This document shows positions 37,556 to 50,106 of a stretch of DNA of 64,000 bases, one piece after another (position 1 is the first letter of the stretch; each line of letters opens with the position of its first letter). The notes under the pieces were generated by a model, which saw only the letters and a list, made by a program, of their open reading frames with translations, was not told where the DNA came from and did not search any database. Source of the stretch: Octopus sinensis (taxonomy: Eukaryota); NCBI RefSeq assembly GCF_006345805.1, contig NC_043004.1:51832001-51896000 (forward strand), given 5' to 3'. The position numbers and the translations under genes are program-made.

Positions 37556-38356
37556 ATCTGGATAGTGCTGTCATACACAACAAACATTGTAAAGGCACTC
37601 ACATTACTGTACTATTCAAATATCTAAGACAGAGCTACTACACACAGAAACACTGTACATCCACATAACAGTACTTCTCATAAATGTAACACAGTGCTAC
37701 TGTACCCAAATGCATAGACATGGCTGCTGTAGACCCACATTGCAAGACTGCTTACATATCAGGGACACTGCTGCTGTATACACACAAATATCACAGACCT
37801 TCAAACTATTTTTCTTATACCAAACACAGTGCTGCTACTGCTGTATATAAATATTCTTAGGGCATGATAATAAACTCCTGCTCACATCATCATAGCTCTG
37901 CTTGATCAGGGACGACCCTGGGCTAAACAACAACAGCTAACATATCATGGATAGCACAAAGCAAAACTAATTTGCCTATAAGCCCCATGAAAAATAAACA
38001 AGAACTATGTTCCTAGTCACAAGAACACTACCGAAACCTTATAGGCTCAGAATATTGCTTTCAAATTTTGGTACAAGGCCAGCAATGTTGTGGGAAGTTT
38101 GATAAGTCGATTACATTGATCCCAGATTTCAACTAGTACATATTTTAATGGCTCTGAAAAGATGAAAGGCGAAGTCAACCTTGGTGGCATTTGAACTCAG
38201 AATGTAAAGATGGGTGAAATACTGCTAAGTATTTTGTCTAGTCTCCTAACGATTCTACCAGCCTTATAGGATCAAAGTATTGAAATACACATGGATGCGT
38301 ATGCTTATATAGACGTCTAAGAAAGTTTAATGGAAACAAATACGATAATTATTTTC

Positions 38357-38790
38357 TTAACCCTTTTGATACCAGCTTGTCTGAAAATACCCCTGGTTCT
38401 ATGATATGAATTTCCTGTGATTTGAACTAATTTCTTCCAGTAAAATTTCACATTAATTTATGTTCCAAACATCAGGGTAATAAAGACATTTTCTTATATC
38501 AATTTAGTTGTCTTGGGAGAGTAAATATGCCAATTTCTACTTATTAATTATTAGCCAACAAACTAATCAATCATTTGTTTAACTTGTTGGTTAAACAGTC
38601 AATCATTTTTTTTTTTTATTTTTTGTTTGTCAAAGTTCTTTTGTCATCATTCATAAGCTTTTCTCTGACTTATCCCCCCCCCCCGCCAAAAGCCATCTTC
38701 ATGTTCTTATATCAAATTTTTCATTTTCAAAATTAACTGAAATAAAGCCAGTTTACTTCAACAGAAATATGACAACAAAAGGGTTTAAAT
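38357..38790. mobile_element. piggyBac-like MITE, family C, diverged
   Basis: TTAACCCTTTTGATACC start (also at 30290 and 35129); ACAAAAGGGTTTAA end. Confidence 0.6.
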
Positions 38791-39240
38791 AAATATGTTC
38801 ACAGTTTGTTCTTGTGCATTTCCCCTTTTATCTTTTGTTTGTTTCAATCACTGGACTGTGGCCATACTGGGGTACTGCCTCAGTGGGTTTAGTCAAATAA
38901 ACTGATTCCCCAGAGATTATTTTTTTTTTTAATCTGGCACTTATTCTGTTATTCTCTTTTGCAAACCGCTAAGTTATGGGGTATAAACAAGCCCACCCCA
39001 GTTTTCAAGTGGGGGGAGGACGAACACAAACACACATTATATACAAATGGCAGGCTTCCAGACAGTTTCCCTCTGCCTAATTCACTTGCCCAAGTGTTGT
39101 GCAGTGGAACTGAACTGGAAACAAAGTGGTTGCAAAGAAAGCTTCTTAATCACAAAGCCATGCCCGAATCTATTCATATAATCCTTTGTAATAATTGTTG
39201 TACCCACTCAATACTGTCCTGCTTATTTTTTTTTTTTTGT

Positions 39241-39629
39241 GGAGGCGCAATGGCCCAGTGGTTAGGGCAGCGGACTCGCAGTCATAGGATCGTGGCTTCG
39301 ATTCCCAGACCGGGCGTTGTGAGTGTTTATTGAGCGAAAACACCTAAAGCTCCACGAGGCTCCGGCAGGGGATGGTGGTGATCCCTGCTGTACTCTTTCA
39401 CCACAACTTTCTCTCACTCTTACTTCCTGTTTCTGTTGTACCTGTATTTCAAGGGGCTGGCCTTGTCACTCTCTGTGTCACGCTAAATATCCCTGTGAAC
39501 TACGTTAAGGGTACACGTGTCTGTGGAGTGCTCAGCCACTTACACGTTAATTTCACGAGCAGGCTGTTCCGTTGATTCGGATCAACCGGAACCCTCATCG
39601 TCGTAACCGACGGAGTGCTTCTACCACAC
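39241..39629 (+). mobile_element. SINE family 4 (tRNA-derived head), full length
   Basis: A box TGGCCCAGTGG, B box GCTTCGATTCC; TSD GCTTATTTTTT (39221.., 39630..). Confidence 0.88.
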
Positions 39630-41037
39630 GCTTATTTTTTAACTTCCTTCTCTTTGTCCATCTTTTTCTCAAACGTTATGCAGCTTTGAGCAATTCATAA
39701 AACGCTAAAAACAACAATGACTCGTCAAACATTCACTTCCAACATTACCAGGCATTTTTTCTTGAGGCCATGAAGAAAACAAACAAAAAAAAAACCACTT
39801 CTATTTGTATCGCAAATAGTAAACATGGAGTGTTACTCAAATGCATGTCTTCTATCTCATCGCTTACCATGATGGTATGGACTGGACATTTTGACAGAGT
39901 CCAGATCTTATTGGAGTTACAGCCCTCCTAGATAGGTCAAAGGACTAGGTGTTGCTCAGTCATCTCAGTTTCAGGGCTGGGTGCCTTTCGTAATACCTAC
40001 CACTTTATACAATATACACTGTGCATTGTTTTGTGGCACCAACACTAGTGATGTTGCAATGCCCTTTTCAACATCTTTCACTATGCTGATTCTATTCCTA
40101 ATCTATTTTCCTAGCAGTTAGAAGTGTTACACGATCAGAATAGACCCAACAAAGTAGAAAATGTAGAAAGACTTTTAACTCTTGATATCAACCTACCCAA
40201 GACTACTCTTAGTTCTATGGTACAAAACTTCCAATGTTGTCAAAATCAAAATTTCCATACAAAGTTTCATGTGAATTTGTGCTCCAAACATCAGCTTAAA
40301 AACAGTTAAGTAATTTTACTTCATTTTTCATTATTTCCATACATAAACGAAATAAAGAGGGTGTATTTTCAAGTGAAGTATGGTAACGAAAAATTTTTAA
40401 ACATAGATGGCATTATTAAGCAAAAGCTTGAATTTTTTGTCAGCATAACTGCCATTTGTTTCTACAATTGCTGCTTGTAGACCAAAGCAAGGACTTTTCT
40501 AATACCTAGACTGTTGTCTAATTTTTGAATTTCCATAACATGTTACACTTCTCATATTCTTTTTGTGCCCACAGTCAGAAGTGGTGCACAGTTTACAGTT
40601 AGATGTCATTACAGAGATAAATCAAAGCATACTCACAAAAACATTCTAAGAAATACTACTATCTGTCACTCACTTCTGAACTAAACTAAACTAAAACAAA
40701 CGAATGGCACACTAGGAATACAGGTACCAGATCATTTATTCACCTGGTGGAAAACCAACTCCATTTGAAACCAGCTTTATAGTAGTGTGTCAATTGTCAA
40801 CTGAAGTTTTTTCTTTCTTTTTTTAGTTTTGATTTTCATGGCATACATGCTGTATAGCAGGTTTGTTAAGACAGTTGCTATGTATATTTGTCTTTCTTCT
40901 TGTTCCAGGCAAAAAACTGGAAAATCCCCAAATCTAGGTTACTTCTAATCCCAAGCTTGCTGGCTAAATGTTTCACTACCTGTAGCATTCACTGAATGTT
41001 TTTGTACAGCCCTATTTTATAGTTGAGTATTTATGTA

Positions 41038-41180
41038 TAGGCATAGGAGTGGCTGTGTAGTATGTAGCTTGCTTACGAACCACATGGTGGCACCTTGGGC
41101 AAGTGTCTTCTACTATAGCCTCAGGTCAACCAAATCCTCGTGAGTGGATTTGGTAGACGGAAAGTGAAAGAAGCCTGTCG

Positions 41181-41211
<31 letters not shown>

Positions 41212-41400
41212 ATATGTTTGTGTGAATGTGTTTGTCCCCCACAAAATCGCTTGACAACCGCTGCTGGTGTGCTTACGTCCCCGTAACTTAACGGTTCGGC
41301 AAAAGAGTCCAATAGAATAAGTACTAGTCGATTTGCTCGACTAAAGGCAATGCTCCAACATGGCCAGTCAAAATGGCTGAAACAAGTGAAAGAGAGTAAA
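41038..41400 (+). mobile_element. SINE family 1, diverged, with deletions
   Basis: Head and tail recognisable. Confidence 0.88.
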
Positions 41401-41483
41401 GGATATGATTGTTGTTGTACACAAGCAATTTATATATTATTTCTTATCAAAGCTGTAATGAAGTTATATCTAACTCAATCATT

Positions 41484-41863
41484 GCGCAGGAGTGGCTGTG
41501 TGGTAAGTAGCTTGCTAACCAACCACATGGTTCCGGGTTCAGTCCCACTGCATGGCATCTTGGGAAAGTGTCTTCTGCTATAGCCCCGGGCTGACCAAAG
41601 CCTTGTGAGTGGATTTGGTAGACGGAAACTGAAAGAAGCCTGTCGTATATATATATATATATATGTGTGTGTGTATGTGTCCCCCTAGCATTGCTTGACA
41701 ACCGATGCTAGTGTGTTTACGTCCCCGTCACTTAGCGGTTCGGCAAAAGAAACCGATAGAATAAGTACTGGGCTTACAAAGAATAAGTCCCGGGGTCGAG
41801 TTGCTCGACTAAAGGCGGTGCTCCAGCATGGCTGCAGTCAAATGACTGAAACAAGTAAAAGAG
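41484..41863 (+). mobile_element. SINE family 1
   Basis: Head-to-tail match. Confidence 0.93.
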
Positions 41864-43059
41864 TATTGTGTTTTGGCTTTCAAACCACCTGACACTGTCC
41901 CTGTACATATAATAAAAACTTCCATTTAAATTTTTTAAATGTTGCATCAAAATTTCATTTCAATTTATGTTCCAGTTTCAACTTAATAACGATAGACTCA
42001 CTTAACAGAATTCTTGGATTCTTCTTTCTCTTCAAAAATAATTAAAACGAAAGCAATGTATTTCAACCAATGAAAACATGGTAATGAAAGGGCCAAATGG
42101 AGACCTACTTTTCTAGGTTGCAGTTTATGGTGGGGATGGAGGAAGAGAGGAAGAGTTTCATAAAATGTGGCAGTGTGGGAAGAAGGTTGTTTCCTAACCA
42201 CATGGTTCTGGATTCATATTCACCACATGGTGGCACCTAGGGCAGGTGTCTTTTACTATAGCCTCAATCTGATCAAAGCCTTGAGTAGATCGGTAGATGG
42301 AAGCTGATAGAAGCCTGTCATATATATATGTGCGTGTGTGAGTGTCTTTATGTCTGTCTCCTGCCATCACTTGACAACCAGTGTTGGTGTGTTTATGTCC
42401 CTGTAATTTATATGGTATAATTACTGATAGGACAATGATATACTTGTAAAGAAGTTTCTCTGGTGTTGAATCCATTCTGTTATCTACCGCCCTTGCCTTA
42501 TAACTGATTTCCAAACTAGGCTCAAGGCTACTAGCTTAATGTGGGTTAGGGTATAGTTGTTTGTAGTTTGTGAGATGGAACCAGTAGGAAATAAGGTAAT
42601 GTAGGCTCTGCAAAGATATTTAATTCAAAACAGATGAAGGACATGTGTGACTAAATTCTGCAAGTCATTTTAAAATAGCCCTCCCAACACTTAACAAGAA
42701 AGATTTTTGTAAAAATAGGCACAAAGCCTGAAATTTTGGAGCAAGGTTTTGATTCATTATACATTGACCTTGTATTCATTGAATACAATGGTTCCAAGAC
42801 ACAGAGGAGCTTACAAGAAGAAATACAATCACACAAAAAGCAGGGTTTACTCAGATTAAAAATAAAACAAAAAAAATCTCAGTCAACAAAAATGACATAA
42901 GACTAAGTTCAAAGAAGGAAGTTCCCCAATTGGGGAGGATGAGTATCTAGAATAATTGAGGGGAAACTTTTACAAAAAAGGCCCAAATTCAGCCACATAT
43001 CCAGCATCAAAACTGTCCTCTCTGGGTTTCTTTCCTCTTTAGAAAAGTATACCCACAGT

Positions 43060-43382
43060 GAAGGCATGTGGCTTAGTAGTTAGGGTAATCAGCTCACGAA
43101 TGTAAGGTCATGGGTTCAATTCCCAGGGGTGTGCTGTGTCCTAGAGCAAGACACTTTATTTCACGTTGCTCCAGTTCACTCAGCTGGCAAAAATGAGTAG
43201 TACCTACTTTTCAAAGGGCCGGCCTTCTCACATTCTGTTGACATGTTGAATCTCACTGAGAATTGTTGTAAGAATATGTGTCTGTGGAGTACTCAGCCAC
43301 TTGCCCGTTAATTTCACGAGCAGGCTGTTCTGCTGATCGGATCAACTGGGACTCATCGTCATCGTGACCGACGGAGTGCCAG
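43060..43382 (+). mobile_element. SINE sharing the family 4 3' half but with a different head and central domain
   Basis: 3' part GTGTCTGTGGAGT.CTCAGCCACTT...GACGGAGTGC matches 39517-39618; centre GTGTCCTAGAGCAAGACACTT differs. Confidence 0.8.
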
Positions 43383-43553
43383 TTCAGTTTCTCTGAGTAG
43401 GCCCCATTCAACATCACATGCTCTACCACTTTTACCCATCAGCAGCCGCTTAGTAACAGTTATAGATTTTAACCACAAGTTCGGGAGTTTTGAATGGAGG
43501 GAGCTAGGTCAATTATATCGACTCCAGTACTCGGCTGGTACTTTATTTTATCG

Positions 43554-43734
43554 GTATTTCGTCTGCGTTACGTTGTGAGTTCAAATTCCGCCGAGGTCGA
43601 CTTTGCCTTTCATCCTTTCGGGGTCGATAAATTAAGTACCAGTTACGCACTGGGGTCGATGTAATAGACTATAACCTATGTCTGTCCTTGTTTGTCCCCT
43701 CTGTGTTTAGCCCCTTGTGGGTAATAAAGAAATA
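43554..43734 (+). mobile_element. SINE family 3, 5'-truncated, nested in an older family 3-related SINE
   Basis: Perfect 17-bp TSD GGTACTTTATTTTATCG (43537-43553, 43735-43751). Confidence 0.92.
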
Positions 43735-44094
43735 GGTACTTTATTTTATCGACCCAAAGAGAATGAAAAGCAAAGTCAACTGTGACAGATTTTGAACCGA
43801 AGAGTCGGAAGAAATACTGCAAAAAATGCTTTCCGAAACTAATGCTTCAGTCAGCTCATCTTAATAGTCATAACGACGATGATGATTTTAAATATTAATA
43901 CAAGACCAGCAATTTTCGGGAAGGAAGCAAGTGAATTACATCGAGCCGTACTTATTTCATCAGCCTGAAGAAGGTGGGAGACAAACTCATAACGCTTTCT
44001 AATTTGGGCAGAAGGCCACAAATTTGAGGAGGTTAGTTGAATATATCAACCTCAGTATTTAATCGTCCCCAGACAAATGGAAGAATAGGCTTAC

Positions 44095-44600
44095 CTCGAC
44101 GAGATATGAAGAGACGGAAGAAAAATAATAACGAGACAAACACTGAAGCAACAATAAATACAGAACATACATTTATATATATACAGAGAGAGAGGGAATA
44201 AATGATTATTAAAGAGAAACTTACATGAATTAAACACACACGAGGGGGAAAAAAAAACTGAGATGAAATAATATCCGTGACGAGAGTAATGTGTCCTCCT
44301 CAGATAAGTAGAGAGAATAAAACAAAGAGATTTCTTTTAAATATGAAATGTGTCAGAGGAGGACAAGAAGCAACAAACAGGAAGTTTTCGTAAGTCACAA
44401 AAAGATGTTTTGGGTTGGTCGTGAGGAGGAGGAGGAGGAGGGGGAGAGAGGAGGAGGAGGAAGGAGAAGACTGGGAAAGTAAATTGGCTCAAGAATTATA
44501 TACAAAGCCTACCCGGCCGACTTTGTGGCCTCATAACTTCCAGGAAAACACGGAGACTTTTTAACGAAACCTTCAACAAATAATCGCTTAGATCCTGTAG
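44095..44600 (-). promoter_or_regulatory. Candidate promoter and non-coding first exon
   Basis: CpG-retaining zone, GA-rich tract, CAGGAAGT ETS-like site, consensus minus-strand donor CGAG|GTAAGC with last exon base 44095. Confidence 0.4.
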
Positions 44601-46228
44601 AATGAATGAATGAATGAATGAATGCAAAGGTGATGGTGGTGGTGGGAAGTTTCGGAAAGTTCCCACGACCCGACATTTCCCGCCTCGTAACTTTCAGGAA
44701 ATTAATTCATTTTTTTTAATGAAATTTTTATACAAAAACCTTTCAAACGATTACGAAGAAATCTGGAGGCAAAATCTTTTGGAAGGGGGAATAGTTTCCG
44801 ATCAGACGGCCCACATAAGTTGGAATTTCTCCGTTTTGACGGGGATTTTTTTTCAATTTTTTCTTTTCAGTAGTCTTCGGAATGATGGGAGGCATTTTTT
44901 GACAAAAAAAAAAAAAGAAAATTTTGAAAATTTATGATTTTTTTCGCTCCAGCCATCCAACCCAGTCCGGACCGATTTTGACCATTTTTTTTTTTCTTTT
45001 TCACAACACACTTAAAAAAAAAACACGAGAGAAACCTTTTCGGTTAAATAAAAAAAAAGAAAGAAAATGAAACCTTTTTAGAGGAAAGTCTGATTTAAGA
45101 GAGATTTGGCTGTTGTTTCTAGCACATCGCAAGACCACCTTCCTTATTTTTTCTCACTGAAATATGTATTGTTTTTCAATATTTTCCCCCATAAACACAT
45201 TTATGCTATAAAAAAAGAAAACTTTGAAAATCTATGATTTTTTTTAGCCCCACCCCCTGACCCCGATTCTGTTATATAATTCTAAAATATTGGAAAGCCT
45301 GAGAAGATTTATTGCTGGGATTTATCCAGAGTGATTTTAATAAGAGATATGTAAAAGATGATTTATTTTGATAGCATACTTTTCTGTTAGAAAATGTATT
45401 TATCTAACACACATACCACGGCCTGGCTCGGTTGCGGTGCGAGGAAAAATTTAAATTACCATCATTTCTTTTTTTCTTTGCTTATATCGCAGCAATGGAC
45501 TACGCGTGTGTTACTTTGGCATCATCATTCCATAAAGTGTGTTTATGGGGAGAAAAATATTGAAAAACATCAATAGATGTGAGACTGAGAAAAGAAACGA
45601 AGAGAGAGTGCTTGGCCTGTGCTAGAAACAACAGCCAGATCTCCTTTAAATCACACATTTTCCTCTGAAATTATAATTTTTTTTTAACCTAAAATGTTTC
45701 TCTCGCAGGTTTTAAGAGCGTAGTAAGAAAAGAAAAAAAAAAGAAAATTGGCCAAAATCGATCCGGACTAAGGTGGTGAGGGGTGGCGGGAGTGAAAAAA
45801 ATTTTTTTTTTGTGAAAAGATGCCTCCCGTAACTCCAAAAACTGTGCTGAAAACAAAAAATTGGGAAAAATCCCCGTCAGAACGGAGAAATTCCAACTTA
45901 TGTGGGCCGTCTGATCCGAAACTCCGTTTTCCAGAAACTCCACCCAACGCCGCTTACTAATTTCTTTGTAATCGTAATCTACACCGTTTGAAGGGTATTT
46001 GTATAAAATTCCATTAAGAAATACCCATTTTCCTGAAAGTTACGGGAGGGGGGGGGTCGGGCCGTGTGATTTTTCCGAAAACCCTCTCCCTAACCCTGGA
46101 AAGAACTTTTCTGCAACAAATCTGGATATACACTCCATCTACAGGATCTAAGCAATTATTTGTCGAAAGTTCCATTAAAAAATATCGATGTTTCTGGAAG
46201 TTATGGGGCAACAAAGTCGGTGGGGTAT
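44512..46228. repeat. ~1.7-kb imperfect palindrome (fold-back element)
   Basis: Collinear inverted blocks: 44518-44600/46138-46221, 44650-44760/45960-46085, 44800-44850/45866-45916, 44950-45045/45690-45775, 45075-45135/45612-45670, 45160-45205/45530-45575; central spacer ~325 bp. Confidence 0.9.
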
Positions 46229-47060
46229 ATATCTGTAAATATGCCCATGGTATTAGGGGGGGTATACATCTGTAGTTATGCCTCTCTCTATATATATATA
46301 TATCTATCTCTCTATATAAAATCTATATATATATATACAATACAATACACACAGGTAAACATATTTTCCACTTGCCTCTAACGCACATACACGTGTATTT
46401 TGAAGGAAATACAATATTGTGAAAAGTAGTTCAAGGATTGTGACCCGTGTGAAGTAGACAAATAGGCATAAACACACACTTCCATTCATATATACATGCA
46501 AGTTTTAATACATGAAAAAAATATATATTCATTCATACATGTGTGCGTATACGGACACAGTATGTGTGTGTGTGTGAGTGTTCAGTCGCAAATTTACACA
46601 GAACTAAATATATGGCACAGACAGGCAGAAGTAAATGGTTTAAGTGTATGGAGAGAGAGAGAACGCAATGAGTCAAGTATTATTTTAAATAAAGAGGCAT
46701 TTGTTTCGACCAAGTGGAATCTAATGATAGAGATTTGTGCATGTACACACACAGACCTATAGCCACTCCTATATATATACCTATATAAATATACCTTACA
46801 TATATATGTGTATACACCTGTCCAGCCATAAACACTGACACACAATGAGAAAATAAATAACTCAATGGTTAGTCACATTTAGTAAAAACTAAATAACTGG
46901 TTTATTAAAAAGAAAAAAATGATAGTTAAGGGCAGATCAAATAAGTTCTTGATTTATAAGAATGATCTCTTCTTCCAGAGATGGTAGAACAATCACTTGG
47001 GAACAACTAGGGGACATAATCTCAAGTGATTGTCTGGAGATATTAAGGGAGCCCCTACAT

Positions 47061-47294
47061 CAGTGGTTCCCAAAGTGGGCAGTGGAACGATCAAGAGAGG
47101 CACTGAAGAAAAGCGGGGCAATAATAGTGTGGCCAAAAGGGGTAATGTAACCCCCCCCCCAGGTTATTATTCGTAAAATACTGTTTTGAATTTTGCTGCA
47201 GAAAGTGGCCTACGTTTGTAGTGGGGGGGGGAGCACTAGGAATGTGGTTTGAGTGTCAAGGGGACGGCAGCCTTAAAATGTTTGGGAACCACTA
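47061..47294. mobile_element. hAT-type MITE
   Basis: CAGTGGTTCCCAAA / TTTGGGAACCACTA; TSD CCCTACAT / CTTTACAT (6 of 8). Confidence 0.8.
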
Positions 47295-48788
47295 CTTTAC
47301 ATGATCGCTGGACTTGCAAGAAACACCAACCTAATACCTCATAAATCACACTATAAGTTCTTACAGGAAAGATATAGTGAATAATATAGTTCTGGATATA
47401 CTCTGCATGATTAAAAAATGGGACGGTCATATGAGGAATGTCTTTGATTATGACAATCGATAGGGGATGAAACAACATTAACAGCTAGATACAAAATCAC
47501 CACCACCATTTCTGTATGTGGTTGCTAGATCTGCTAGAAATAGCAGCCAAATCACCCTATAATCTCACTTTTCTTTTTAAAGCAGTAGACATGGTTGTGT
47601 TAAGAAGCTTGCTTCCCAACCATGCAGTCTTGTGGGTACAGTCCCACTGCACAACACTCTGGGCAAGTGGTTTCTATTATAACCCTGGGTAGATCAAAAC
47701 TTTGAGTAAATTTGGTAGATCAAAACTGAAAGAAGCCTGTCGTGTATATATATGTGTGTGTGTGTTTGTCCTCCACCATTCACCACTGAACAAGTGTTGG
47801 TTTGTTTATGTTTGTGATAGCAGATTAGCAAGAGACAGAGAAAAAGTAACTGGGTTTTTACTTTAAAAAAAAAGAAAAACTGGGGCTGATTTGTTTGCCT
47901 AAACCCAGTATGGTTGCAACCCAATGACCCAAACAAGTAAAAAAGTAATAAGTTAGACAATGTTGTCATCCTAAATATAGTCTGACGTGATGGTCATAAA
48001 TGGAACAGCTTAAATCGTGGGTCTACACAATCAGAACTGAATTTGGGAACAATAATAATCAATGATAATGTTTCCACATGGTCACTTGGTCTGCAGAAAC
48101 AGCAGCTAAATCTATTTCAAATATCACACTACTTTCTTAGAAAAGGATGTGCGTATAATGTGGTCCTGGCTTCACCATACAAAAAAGGAAAAAGGCAAGA
48201 TGGTCGCGACTGGAATGCCTTTGATCATAGGTCTGCTAGATCAGGGTCAACCTTGAACTAAACAGCAACAATACTAGCACCACCATTGCCACCTCAACCA
48301 ATTCTGCCAAAATATAACCAACACAGTTACAACTGGATGTAAAACAAACCTCAAGTGAAAGTGCACACACCCATCATCATACGTCAACAAGATGATGACG
48401 ATGATGATGATGATGAAACAAAAAAAAATTAAGAAATGAGAAGAGGGTTAAGATGAAGTAGAAAAATAACCAACACATAAGACTATTTTTATCTCCATAG
48501 AAACCAAGCAGGCAGCAAGCAGCAGGTTCTTTAAGAAAAACAAAAAGAGTGAGGCATAAGTAAGTGAGTAGTGGCATCTCTAGTAATGTGGTAAGTGTAT
48601 TGGTAGATAGGTAGGTAGGGAATATAGGGGGCTTTGAACAAACTATGAGATTCTAAATTTGTCTTCCTTTCTTTCTTCAAATTTGCTGAAGTGGTTCAGT
48701 CCAAACATAATGGCTGTACAACATGTAGCCAGGAGACAAGCAGGGCCTCTCACCACCAACATCATCATCATCAACATTTAACGTGGCT

Positions 48789-48994
48789 GTGTGGTAAGTA
48801 GCTTGCTAACCAACCACATGGTTCTGGGTTCAGTCCCACTGCATGGCATCTTGGGCAAGTGTCTTCTGCTATAGCCCCGGGCCGACCAATACCTTGTGAG
48901 TGGATTTGGTATAGCAGAAGACACTTGCCCAAGATGCCACGCAGTGGGACTGAACCCGGAACCATGTGGTTGGTTAGCAAGCTACTTACCACAC
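48789..48994. repeat. Fold-back duplication of a SINE family 1 head (85-bp arms, 36-nt loop)
   Basis: 48789-48873 is the reverse complement of 48910-48994 with two mismatches. Confidence 0.95.
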
Positions 48995-49861
48995 GAAGTT
49001 TACTGCAATACCACATGATCTCAGGTTCAGACCAACTGCAGAGAATCTTTGGCAATGCCTTGTTAATAGAACTGGTATACAGAAGCTCATCAAGTCATTG
49101 TCTGTTTTAACGTCTACTCTCATGTTTTGCATGGGTCAGTCAGATTTTGTCGAAGCAGGTTTTTCTTTATGATCAGATGCTTTTCTTATTGCCAACCCTT
49201 ATCCGCTATGGCAAGATAGGTTTTTCATTGATAATTAGAAACAAATGACACCACTTGTATGATGGTGACACTCACAAATATCACATGGTGTTAAGACAAG
49301 AGGACAGAAACACCAGATAGATAGATAGATGGATAGATGTGTATTAGTTGTTTCAGTCATTGGACTGTGGCCATACTAAGGTACCACCTTGAAGGATTTT
49401 AGTCAAACAAATCAATCCCAGTACATTTTTTGAAACCTGTTACATAATTTATCAGTGCTTTTGTTGAACCGCTAAGTTATGGGAATGTAAATAGACCAAC
49501 ACCAGTTGTCAAGAAGTGGTGGCGTGACAGGCACATACACACACACACACATATAACGGGCTTCTTTCAGTCGCTGTCTACCAAATCCACTCACAAAGCT
49601 TTGGTTGGCCTGAGGCTACAGAAGACACTTGGCAAAAGTGCCACACAGTAGGACTGAATCTGGAAGCAAGCTTCTTTATTTCATTATATTGGCCATAAAG
49701 GCCTTACATAGAAATAGGAAGCTGTGGACTGGACACAGACATAATGTTATATGAAATGAAAAATGAAAATGATGATTAATGGGGGTGAAAAAGCGATGCC
49801 CACCAATCGTTTTTTCCTTTTTATCCCCCCCCCCATCTTACTACACAGCCACACCTGTATG

Positions 49862-50106
49862 ATGGCTGCCAACATGTTAGCTGAGCCGGTCCATTGCCGA
49901 CAGGTTGATTTATAACTGATTGTTCCTATGAATGTGAGATTGAGAGTGACTCATGAAGCTAGCAAGAGACTGACACAGTTCGCTGCAAAGACTGCAAACT
50001 AAATCCATGTTTTTGGCCTAACCCATGGAAGATTCTTGTGGGTTTTTAAATGTCACCCAAGTCCGGAATGGCTCTTGCAGACTTTGCTGCATACATCACA
50101 GGTAAG
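49862..50106 (-). pseudogene. Two decayed C2H2 zinc fingers, probably an RTE-type LINE ORF C-terminus
   Basis: TCDVCSKVCKSHSGLG*HLKTH (50103-50038), frameshift, VCSLCSELCQSLASFMSHSQSH (to 49934), stop 49912-49910. Both fit C-X2-C-X12-H-X3-H. Confidence 0.65.
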
